Assembly: GCA_041891055.1 (NCBI GenBank)
Contig: CP169074.1
Span: 1,568,001-1,632,000, forward strand
Length of the DNA: 64,000 nt
Direction: 5' to 3'
From: Halorutilales archaeon Cl-col2-1
GTDB lineage: Archaea > Halobacteriota > Halobacteria > Halobacteriales > Afararchaeaceae
The notes beneath the pieces were generated by a model. That model was not told the origin of the DNA. It saw only the letters and a program-made list of their open reading frames with translations, and ran no database searches. Position numbers and translations under genes: made by a program. This document shows, one piece after another, positions 42,521 to 50,678 of this stretch (position 1 is its first letter; each line of letters begins with the position of its first letter).

Positions 42521-43471
42521 TCACTCTTCTTCCCAGAACTCCGATCCCTTCTTTAGCTTCTCGACCCAGGTGTCCTCGTCGCGCGCGAGGAGTACGACGT
42601 TCGACCTCGGAACCTCCTTGAGTACGTCGTATCCCTCCATTCTCTCCTGAACCTCGCGCGCGAACTCCTTGACCTCGGAGTGCTCGGGCATAGCCTCCCT
42701 GTTGACCCTGTCTCGCGAGTGTCCGACGTGCATGTAGCCTTTGAGTTCGACGTAGTCGGGTGACGCCTTCTCGAAGATCTCTGCATACCCCTCAGCGTCG
42801 TCGTTGACTCCGCCTATGACCGTGGTACGTATCACAGTCCGTCCGTCCTTCTCCGAGAGTACGTCGAGTGTCTCGTGTAGCTTCTCCCACGCGTTGTCTT
42901 CGACGGGACGTACTACCTCGTCGAATGTCTCCTCGTCGGCGGCGTCGACGCTGATGTAGGTCTGTGTCGGCTCACATCTCTCTATCATCTCGGGGTTGGT
43001 GCCGTTCGAGACGAGGAAGGTCGTGATACCCCGGTCGTGGAACTCGTCGATGAGCTCAGGGAGATAGGGGTAGAGTGTAGGCTCGCCGTCGAGCGATATG
43101 GCGACGTGTCTCGGGTTCATCGCCTTCTCGAAGGTCTCGTCTGAGACGTCGCCGTTGCCCTTGTACCCCCCGAGGAGTTTCCTCTGGAGATCGATGCTCG
43201 CGTCGACGACTGCCTCGGGGTCGTCCCACTCCGCCTCGACCTCGTACGAGTGTCCCTCGTGGTCGCGCCAGCAGAAGACGCATCTCTCGTTACACGTCAC
43301 GACGGGTGTCATCTGTATACACCGGTGGGACTCGATCCCGTAGAAGGCGTGCTTGTAGCACTTACCCTCGCCCTTTATGGCGTTCTTCGTCCAGCCACAC
43401 GTCTGGCACGCCGTGTGGTTCTCCATGTGGTAGTCGGGGGTTCCGACCTGTGATGTGTCGTCTTTGCTCAT
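42521..43471 (-). CDS. taw1: 4-demethylwyosine synthase TYW1/Taw1 (radical SAM)
   Basis: CYK..FYGIESHRCIQMTP, CNERCVFC, HVAISLDGEP, ELKGYMHVG. Confidence 0.94.
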   Translation of the reverse strand: MSKDDTSQVGTPDYHMENHTACQTCGWTKNAIKGEGKCYKHAFYGIESHRCIQMTPVVTCNERCVFCWRDHEGHSYEVEAEWDDPEAVVDASIDLQRKLLGGYKGNGDVSDETFEKAMNPRHVAISLDGEPTLYPYLPELIDEFHDRGITTFLVSNGTNPEMIERCEPTQTYISVDAADEETFDEVVRPVEDNAWEKLHETLDVLSEKDGRTVIRTTVIGGVNDDAEGYAEIFEKASPDYVELKGYMHVGHSRDRVNREAMPEHSEVKEFAREVQERMEGYDVLKEVPRSNVVLLARDEDTWVEKLKKGSEFWEEE

Positions 43472-43520
43472 GTTATTTATCGGCTATACCGGTTCGTGAC
43501 TAATTACACCGTCGCTCCTA

Positions 43521-44678
43521 CTACGTCGCGTCAGCCTCGGCTTCTGACTCCATCCCCGCGCTCACGCTCACCAGGAGACTAGACGCCGCGGCTACGAGGC
43601 TCACTCCCGATAGGTAGACGAACATCCCCTGTACACCGACGGCGTCGAAGAGAGTCCCCGCGAAGACCTGTCCGACGCTCGCTCCGAGTCCGAAGACCGA
43701 CGCCCAGAGGAGTGTCTGTCCGGTCGACTGGAGCGTCTCGGGAGACAGCCTGTCGGCGAGGTTTACCGCGGCGAGGTAGAACGACGCGAAGCTGAACCCC
43801 GAGAGAATCTGTGCGAGAAGCACGGCGGGAACTGCGTCGGTGAAGCCGTAGACTGCGTACTTCGCGGCGTAGGCGAGAGCACCTATCACGAGGAAGTACC
43901 TGTAGGCGAGACCGAACCGGAGAGCGTAGACGAAGACTCCCGCCTCTACGACGGTGGTTATCAGCCACGAGACCCCCGTTAAGAAGTCGCCCGCGCCTAT
44001 CGCTCTCATGTAGACGGAGAAGAAGCTGTTTCCCGAGAGGAGTACGACGCCTATCAGGAAAGAGGTCAGAAGGAGTGCGGCGAAGTCGGTCTTTCTCACG
44101 AGACGCAGAGCATCTGAACTTACATCCGCGAGACGGCTTCCGTCGTTCGCTGGGAGACCCTTTCCGACTACGACAAGAAGAGCCATGCCGACGAAGTAGA
44201 CGTAGAAGATCACCGACGAGCCGAGACGTGGTATGACGCCTCCGAGTATCAGACTCCCGACTCCGAACGCCACGCTTCCGTACGCCCTGACCTGTCCGTA
44301 TTCGAGACCCGAGTCGAGAACTGACGAGTCGGCTATCGGGACTATCGGCGCGCGGAAGAAGGCGTAGAAAGCCGTGCCGACGCTTATAACGACGAACGCG
44401 TTCGGCAGAGAGTCGGCGAGGGGATAGACTAGGACGAACGCCCCCGTCATAGCCGAAGCCACCATCAGAATCTCCCTTCTCGCGCCCTTCCAGTCGGCGA
44501 TTATTCCCCAGAGAGGCTGTGAAACTAAGCCGACTATCGGCGGAAGAGCACCTATTACCCCCATCTCGAACCCCGTGAGACCCGTCTCCTCTAGAAAGAC
44601 GTTCCGGAAGGTAGCAAACCCGCTAAACGAGACGAAGTAGACGAAGTAGAACATCTTGAAACGTGTCGAGTCTCTCAT
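43521..44678 (-). CDS. MFS transporter
   Basis: About 12 hydrophobic helices; WGIIAD, YGQVRAYGS. Confidence 0.88.
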   Translation of the reverse strand: MRDSTRFKMFYFVYFVSFSGFATFRNVFLEETGLTGFEMGVIGALPPIVGLVSQPLWGIIADWKGARREILMVASAMTGAFVLVYPLADSLPNAFVVISVGTAFYAFFRAPIVPIADSSVLDSGLEYGQVRAYGSVAFGVGSLILGGVIPRLGSSVIFYVYFVGMALLVVVGKGLPANDGSRLADVSSDALRLVRKTDFAALLLTSFLIGVVLLSGNSFFSVYMRAIGAGDFLTGVSWLITTVVEAGVFVYALRFGLAYRYFLVIGALAYAAKYAVYGFTDAVPAVLLAQILSGFSFASFYLAAVNLADRLSPETLQSTGQTLLWASVFGLGASVGQVFAGTLFDAVGVQGMFVYLSGVSLVAAASSLLVSVSAGMESEAEADAT

Positions 44679-44748
44679 GTGGGTTTTATTTATGAGGTGG
44701 CTTCTGCCACAAAAATGCTTTATGACTCCTTCTTATATACTGAGGACG

Positions 44749-45846
44749 ATGTCCTGGTACGCCTTATCCAACCTCGATGACGCCCTTGACGCCGCGGAGG
44801 AGTTCCTACTGCCGTTCGACCTCAGGAAGTGGCTCAAGCTCGCGCTCGTAGCCTTCTTCGTCGGAGGTGGAGGCGGCTTCTCGACACCCAACACGTCGAA
44901 CATACCCTCCGAAGGCACCTCGCCCGGTGTGGGAACGGGCGGCGGTCTTCCTACGGGAGAGTTCGCCGACTTAACCCCGATAATAATAGTGGTTGTCGCG
45001 CTTATACTCGGGATTGTACTCTTCTTCGGTGTCATAGGCGGAGTGATGGAGTTCGTCTTCTACGACTCGGTCGTGAGGCGAGAGGTCAGGCTCAAGGAGT
45101 ACTTCTCCGACCGTCTCGGCAAGGGTCTCCGTCTCTTCGGCTTCCGTTTCGGTCTCTCGCTGATCTTCCTGCTTCCGTTCATAGCCGTAATCGCGTCTTT
45201 CTTCTTAGTGGGAGCCGTCGGACTCGCGGGGATATTCCTCCTCATACCTTTCTTCCTCGTCGGCTCTCTCGTGACGGGAGTGATACGGATACTCCTACGT
45301 GACGCCGTCGTCCCCGTGATGATAGCCGACGACGTCGGCGTGATACAGGGATGGCGGAACATCTGGTCCACTCTCAAGTCGGAGTGGAAGCAGTACGGCG
45401 TCTACGTCGTAGCGAGATGGCTCCTCAGCCTGGGTCTCGGAATAGGGGTGGCTATAATCTTCCTACTCGCCCTCGCGGTCATACTAATACCCGTCGGGCT
45501 ACTCGTCCTGCCTGTCTTCCTCCTCGGACTCGATCTCGGGGGGATTGCCCTTGTTATACTCGTCCCCGTCGGACTACTCGCCTTCCTTGCGTCCCTCGTC
45601 GCCTACGGTCTTATACGTGTCCCCGTCGAGACCTACCTGCGTTACTACGCTCTACTCGTCTTAGGCGACGCCAACCAAGAGTACGACCTGATACCCGATA
45701 TGAGACACGAAGACGGAGAAGGAGACGGTGGTGACGACGTCGACGGAGACGGCGACAGTAACGACGGTGGCGACGCCGATAGCCAGGAGAATGAAGACGA
45801 TTACGACGAAGACACCGGTACGGGAGTGACCTCCTCCCCGTCGTAA
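44749..45846 (+). CDS. Haloarchaeal membrane protein (DUF7544-like); last codons supplied by the inserted IS
   Basis: MSWYA..LDDA..FL.P, WLKLALVAFF, multi-TM; stop codon lies in the IS right-end hairpin. Confidence 0.8.
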   Translation: MSWYALSNLDDALDAAEEFLLPFDLRKWLKLALVAFFVGGGGGFSTPNTSNIPSEGTSPGVGTGGGLPTGEFADLTPIIIVVVALILGIVLFFGVIGGVMEFVFYDSVVRREVRLKEYFSDRLGKGLRLFGFRFGLSLIFLLPFIAVIASFFLVGAVGLAGIFLLIPFFLVGSLVTGVIRILLRDAVVPVMIADDVGVIQGWRNIWSTLKSEWKQYGVYVVARWLLSLGLGIGVAIIFLLALAVILIPVGLLVLPVFLLGLDLGGIALVILVPVGLLAFLASLVAYGLIRVPVETYLRYYALLVLGDANQEYDLIPDMRHEDGEGDGGDDVDGDGDSNDGGDADSQENEDDYDEDTGTGVTSSPS

Positions 45847-45990
45847 ACGACGGGGCTTCCCGAACCGCACCGCAGCGTTGGGATATTTGCCGGTCTACGG
45901 TCAGATCTGTTCTTGTGGGGCTACTCTCCCCGTCGATGTGTCGAACAGGCGAACCGATGGCTGGGCCAGACAGCCGTTACTCCTATCCAC
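45826..45990 (-). ncRNA. TnpB omegaRNA/sotRNA scaffold (5' boundary approximate)
   Basis: Overlaps the tnpB 3' end (GATAGGAGTAACGGCTG...CAGCC) through the right-end hairpin; known architecture of IS1341 elements. Confidence 0.65.
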
Positions 45991-47151
45991 AGAGGGATTC
46001 GGAGTTACCGTCTTTCGCATATTCTCAGCCGCATTACAGTCACTATTCGCAACCAGTTCACACTCATCGCAGACGTACAACCCACGTTCAACACGGTTCG
46101 AATCGGCTTTCATGCCACACTCACAGCACGTTATCGACGTAGCCAGTTCGTACTCATCGACCCGCTCAACCTCAATCCCACGTTCTTCAGCTTTGTACTC
46201 GATGTGACTGAGCAGAGTTTCAAACGCCCAGTCATGGAGGCGCTTGTTGCCGTGCCTGCCCCAGTCTTCATCCTCGCGGATGCTTTTCGGATGGCCAACT
46301 GCTATCGTGCCAACATCACGGGCAGCACACTGCTCAACAATGTCTTTCGAGAGAGCGTGCAGGAAATGCTCTTGTCGCCGGGATTTCTTGCGGCGTGCCC
46401 ATTCAGCATGGTTGCTGGGGCCGTTCTCACCTTCCGTGTCGTACTCTTCCTGCCGGAAGTAGTGTGCGTCTTCTTTCAATGTGTTGCCCGGATACAACAG
46501 CGTGTGGTCACCGACAGAGACAGCCGCCGTATTGCAGATACCGAGGTCAACACCTGCCGTCTTTTCACCAGCCGAGTCCTCTGCATCAATGCTGACTTTG
46601 CAGACGAAGTGCAGTTCCCACTGCTCGCCGTTCCAGACGATGCGGATCTGCTGTACGTCTTCTACATTGGTGAGGGATACGTCCGAGCCGGTGTCATATT
46701 CGCAGAGAACAAAGTCGGCCCACCCGTCTTTCAGGTTCTTGCCTTTCGACAGTCGAACCTGCTGGTGTTTCGTATCGAGTTTGAAGCCGTCTTCTTTGAA
46801 CGTGACCGTGCTACGTGGTCGTTCATCGCCGTCTTTGCGGTAGCCCGGTGGGTTAGCGTCTGGATTGTCTTGTTCGAACCACGACTGGAAAGCGCCAGCC
46901 AATTCTTCGACGATTGCCTGACTTGACTGCGAGTTCAAATCTTTCCAGCACTGTTGGTTCTTCATGTAGGACTTGAGCGGTCCCTCGTCCGGAATTTCTC
47001 CGGTGTGATCCCAGATGCGGCCAGCGATCCACCGAGCAACGTTCCAGATTTTGCTGCCGGAACGACTGAGTGAATCGAGGTCACGCACGACACCCTCACG
47101 GTCGTTGGTGAGTGTTGCCGTAATGGTGCGTGTCGTGACCAGATTCACCAT
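45901..47151 (-). CDS. tnpB: RNA-guided endonuclease TnpB
   Basis: PPGYRK, AGVDLG (RuvC-I), TSITCCECG...YVCDEC zinc ribbon, NSDCNAA (RuvC-III). Confidence 0.94.
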   Translation of the reverse strand: MVNLVTTRTITATLTNDREGVVRDLDSLSRSGSKIWNVARWIAGRIWDHTGEIPDEGPLKSYMKNQQCWKDLNSQSSQAIVEELAGAFQSWFEQDNPDANPPGYRKDGDERPRSTVTFKEDGFKLDTKHQQVRLSKGKNLKDGWADFVLCEYDTGSDVSLTNVEDVQQIRIVWNGEQWELHFVCKVSIDAEDSAGEKTAGVDLGICNTAAVSVGDHTLLYPGNTLKEDAHYFRQEEYDTEGENGPSNHAEWARRKKSRRQEHFLHALSKDIVEQCAARDVGTIAVGHPKSIREDEDWGRHGNKRLHDWAFETLLSHIEYKAEERGIEVERVDEYELATSITCCECGMKADSNRVERGLYVCDECELVANSDCNAAENMRKTVTPNPSVDRSNGCLAQPSVRLFDTSTGRVAPQEQI

Positions 47152-47257
47152 ACATAGACTATGACAGTAGAGTGAGTTAATGGCTGTGACTTGGCGTGGA
47201 ATATCCAGCCAGTAGAAACAGTGTCGGAATCTCACCGAAGTTGACGCGATCCACTCC

Positions 47258-47366
47258 CGTCCCGAGAACTTACGTTCTCGTGTGCACGCGAATCTTCCGA
47301 TTCGCGAACGTCCTCAGAAATCGAAGATTTCTGATGTGCGAACGAGAGCTTGCTCTCGTTAACGCC
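47258..47366. repeat. Two tandem double-hairpin micro-elements in the IS left-end palindrome
   Basis: CGTC-[47 nt]-CGTC-[50 nt]-CGCC; hairpins GAGAAC/GTTCTC, CGCGAATC/GATTCGCG, TCAGAAATC/GATTTCTGA, AACGAGAG/CTCTCGTT. Confidence 0.8.
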
Positions 47367-47456
47367 CTGTTCGGTTCTCGGTTCCGACTAAGCGTCGGAA
47401 CGCTCGTCCCTCACGGAAAGGGCGGGATTCTCTCGCTGTGTCAAGATAGACGTCGA

Positions 47457-49304
47457 CTAGCCCACGAATCTCGGGTTGTTCGAGAGTAGCCGCGGCGTGT
47501 AGAGGCTCTTTCTCGGCATCTCTCCGATCTTCTCGTCTATCTCGTCTCTGAGTTCCTCGACGGACATCTCCGTTTCGTCGTCTCCCCTGACGCGGAACTC
47601 GATCTCTTCGCCCTCGATCTCTCTGTCTCCGACTACTGCGACGTAAGGTACCCAGTCCTGTTCGGCGGTTCTTATCCTCTTTCCGACGCTCTCGTCCCTG
47701 TCGTCTATGTCGACACGTACCCCGTCGAGTTCGTCGGCGAGGCTCTCACAGTACTCGGTGTGTTCCTCGCCCACGGGTATGAAACGCACCTGTGTCGGCG
47801 AGAGCCAGACGGGCATACGTGGGGTTTCGAGTCCGTCGGCGTTTTCGAGTATGGCACCGAAGGCGCGTTCGACGCTTCCCGTAGGACTGTAATGGAGGAG
47901 TATCGGCTCTTTCTCCTCGTTCTCGTCGTAGTACTCTATGTCGAACCTGTCGGCGGACTCGACGTCGATCTGTACCGTCGGGTTCTCCATCGGACGTCCG
48001 AGAGAGTCTATCGCCGCGAGGTCTATCTTGACACTCCAGTAATGTTTCCTCTCGGGTATTATCTCGACTAAGACGGGCTCTCCTATCTCGTCTACGAGTC
48101 CCTCCACCCAGTCGCGGTGTTCGTCGTAGTACTCCCTCGTCGCCCTCAGGACGCCGACGTAGTCGAGACCCAGGTCGTCGCCAGTCTCGAAGCCGAGGAG
48201 AGCCTGTTTCGCGAACTCGTCCTGTGCCTCCTCGATGTCGCCACACGCCGTGTGCATGTCGGGCATCGTGAACGCACGGAGACGTTTGAGTCCCGTGAGT
48301 TCGCCTCTCTGTTCACGTCTGAACGAGTAGGTCGACATCTCGTATATACGGAGAGGCAGGTCGTTCGAGGTGATATGCATGTCCCTCATTATCGAGAACT
48401 GACCGAAGCACGCCGCGAACCTCAGCATCATCTTTCTACTCCCCGACTCGAACCTGTACTGACGCTCGCCGAACTTCTCGGAGTGTTCGCTTATACAGTC
48501 GGAGCCGAGGTCGTACATGATCGGCGTCTCGACGGGCATTCCGCCGTAGTCGACGACGAGGTCGTTGACGTACTCTATCAGCGAGTCACGGACACATTTG
48601 CCCTTCGGGTACCATCTCAGGTTTCCGGGGTCGCTGAGTTCGTCGTAGTCGACGTACTCCTTCTGTTTCATAGTCTCGACGTGGGGTGGCTCCTCTCCGG
48701 CTCCCGCCTCGATCCCCTCGACCTCGTCCTCTATGAGGCTCACCATCTCGTCGGACGCTTCTGACATCGACTTGAACCCGACGGGGTCGTGTTCTTCGCC
48801 CTCGGGAGTCAGTACGACGAAGTCGCTCTCCTCTTCTTCTTCCTCTTCGTTGTCTTCGGCTTCGGGCTCGGGCTCTATCTCTGTGGGCTCTATCTCACGT
48901 GAGAGCTCCGACATCGGATGTCCCTTACACGATATCTCGAACGCCTTGTACCAGCCGAAGGGCGCTCTCTTGACCTCGTAGCCTACATCGACGAGACGTT
49001 CCTCGATACGTCTGAGAACGTCGACGGCTGTATCGGGATCACCGAGGTCGCTCGAAAGGTGCGCGTAGGGATAGACCATCACGTTCTCGACTTCGAGCTC
49101 GTCGGCTACGTCACGTATCTCGTCCTCCGCCTGTTCTATCACGCTGTCTATGTCCTCGGAGTCGCCCGACTCGACGGCTATGAACGCCGTGAGAGCCTCG
49201 TCGAGACGTCCCTCGGGCTCTATCTCGGACTCGTCCTCGGCGACAGGAGTCTCCTGTTTCGCCTCGTACTTGATGTAGTCCGAATGTATCAGCAGTAGCT
49301 TCAT
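47457..49304 (-). CDS. thrS: Threonine--tRNA ligase, archaeal type (N-terminal editing domain)
   Basis: MKLLLIHSDY, YPYAHLSS, PFGWYKAF..CKGHP.SELSR, RFAACFGQF, FTMPDMH. Confidence 0.96.
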   Translation of the reverse strand: MKLLLIHSDYIKYEAKQETPVAEDESEIEPEGRLDEALTAFIAVESGDSEDIDSVIEQAEDEIRDVADELEVENVMVYPYAHLSSDLGDPDTAVDVLRRIEERLVDVGYEVKRAPFGWYKAFEISCKGHPMSELSREIEPTEIEPEPEAEDNEEEEEEESDFVVLTPEGEEHDPVGFKSMSEASDEMVSLIEDEVEGIEAGAGEEPPHVETMKQKEYVDYDELSDPGNLRWYPKGKCVRDSLIEYVNDLVVDYGGMPVETPIMYDLGSDCISEHSEKFGERQYRFESGSRKMMLRFAACFGQFSIMRDMHITSNDLPLRIYEMSTYSFRREQRGELTGLKRLRAFTMPDMHTACGDIEEAQDEFAKQALLGFETGDDLGLDYVGVLRATREYYDEHRDWVEGLVDEIGEPVLVEIIPERKHYWSVKIDLAAIDSLGRPMENPTVQIDVESADRFDIEYYDENEEKEPILLHYSPTGSVERAFGAILENADGLETPRMPVWLSPTQVRFIPVGEEHTEYCESLADELDGVRVDIDDRDESVGKRIRTAEQDWVPYVAVVGDREIEGEEIEFRVRGDDETEMSVEELRDEIDEKIGEMPRKSLYTPRLLSNNPRFVG

Positions 49305-49358
49305 AACTCAAGGTTCGACGGACGAGTTAAGTAGCTTCCGTATCCGTCTACTTGTTCC

Positions 49359-50384
49359 TCACCCGGTCTCCTCCTCTAAGACGTCGAGTATCTCGCCGGG
49401 ACCGTGTCTCACGACGTCCGATGCAGGCGCAGTTTCGCTTGCCTCCTCTATGGCGCGTTCGGCTTCCTCCTCTCCCAGACCCGACGTGTTGAGAGAGACT
49501 GCGTCGACGGTTCCCGTAAGGGCTACCTTCTCGTAGGTCTCGGCGACCTCCCCGAGACCGGCTATCTCGAAGTTCTCGTATCCCTTCACTCTCTGTCTCC
49601 CCGCCTCGTGGCACAGTACGAGAGAGTCGGGCATCGAGCCGTGTAGTATCGACGCCGTCACTCCCGAGTAGGCGGGATGAAGTATGCTTCCCTGACCCTC
49701 GACGAAGACGAAGTCCGAGTTGCCCCTCTCGACGACAGTCTCCTCGACGGCTCCCGCCGCGAAGTCGCTCACTACGCGGTCGATGGGATGTCCGCCGCCC
49801 TCTATCATGATCCCCGTCTGTCCCGTAGGTGCGAACTCGGCTTCGTATCCCCTCTCGCGCGCCTCCCCGACTAACTCGACCGCGGTCGTCATCTTTCCCG
49901 TCGAACAGTCTGTTCCGACGGTGAGGACTACGTGAGCCTCGACCTCTCCCGCGACGCCCTCGGCGACAGCCTCGAACTCCGTCTTCCTGACGTCTTCTAT
50001 CTCGGCGTCGTTCTCGTCGGCGAGACGCGAGAACTCGTCGTCCTCACTCAGGAAGTAATGGAGACCAGAGACGACGTCGACTCCGTTTTCGAGTGCGCCA
50101 CGTACGTCGGGTCGCCACGTCTCGTCGAAGCCGCCGCCTATGGGTGCTATGCCTATGTAGAGAGCGTCGATCCCGTGGTCTTCGAGGACGTCTTGGGTCG
50201 ACCCGTAGATATCGACACCCAGACGTGTCTCACCCGACTTCTCGCGGTCGAGGACAGCCACCACCTCGGAGTCGGAGTAACGTATCAGACCGACGGCTGT
50301 CTTCGCGCCGTCTGGGAATCCGCCGTGGGCGAGCACGGCTATTCTCTCGTTTCGGCTTCCGTCTGTGTCTCCGTTATCCCTCAT
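49359..50384 (-). CDS. DUF1611 family protein (DgcN-like)
   Basis: AKTA.G, IAPIGG, SGLH, VGTDC..GKMTT, TGQTGI, VEGQGS..HPAYS. Confidence 0.88.
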   Translation of the reverse strand: MRDNGDTDGSRNERIAVLAHGGFPDGAKTAVGLIRYSDSEVVAVLDREKSGETRLGVDIYGSTQDVLEDHGIDALYIGIAPIGGGFDETWRPDVRGALENGVDVVSGLHYFLSEDDEFSRLADENDAEIEDVRKTEFEAVAEGVAGEVEAHVVLTVGTDCSTGKMTTAVELVGEARERGYEAEFAPTGQTGIMIEGGGHPIDRVVSDFAAGAVEETVVERGNSDFVFVEGQGSILHPAYSGVTASILHGSMPDSLVLCHEAGRQRVKGYENFEIAGLGEVAETYEKVALTGTVDAVSLNTSGLGEEEAERAIEEASETAPASDVVRHGPGEILDVLEEETG

Positions 50385-50676
50385 CGTTGTTGGTGTCTCT
50401 CGCTTTCTCCGATGCCCTTTCATCTTCCTCCCCCTCTTCCTCTCTGAATCTCCTCAGAGCTTCGTTCCACGACTCGGACTCGACGAGTTCGGACTCATGT
50501 TCTGTCTTGATGCCTACGTATCCGCATCTCTCACAGACGTACGACTGTCTTCCGTCGGCGTCCTCAGAAATCTTTGATTTCTCGTGTCTCGGAATCTCTG
50601 ATTCTTTCGTAACGTCGAGGACGTACTCGACGAGGTCGCCTCCGCACCTAGGACAGTTCCTCTCGGTATCTGACAT
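50374..50676 (-). CDS. Small CPxCG-type zinc-finger protein with 18-aa in-frame insert
   Basis: CPRCG...CERCG; ESW.EAL.RF tail. Confidence 0.8.
   Translation of the reverse strand: MSDTERNCPRCGGDLVEYVLDVTKESEIPRHEKSKISEDADGRQSYVCERCGYVGIKTEHESELVESESWNEALRRFREEEGEEDERASEKARDTNNDEG
50559..50616. repeat. Double-hairpin micro-element inserted in frame
   Basis: CGTC-[50 nt: AGAAATC-TTT-GATTTCT and GAATC-TCT-GATTC]-CGTC. Confidence 0.8.
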
Positions 50677-50678
50677 CT

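Larger units (their letters stand above)
45826..47445 (-). mobile_element. IS200/IS605 family, IS1341-type (tnpB only) element
   Basis: Right-end hairpin CCCCGTCG-TTTA-CGACGGGG ending GGTCAC; left end CTTGACACAGCGAGAGAATCCCGCCC; removing it restores the host ORF end. Confidence 0.88.

Noticed and set aside
47258-47366. CRISPR-like repeat-spacer reading of the tandem units
   Set aside because: The repeat is only 4 nt, the units are self-palindromic and no cas genes are present.
48995-49022. GACGTT...AACGTC inverted repeat in thrS
   Set aside because: Encodes ordinary helix residues (DVLRRIEERL); no length anomaly or double hairpin.
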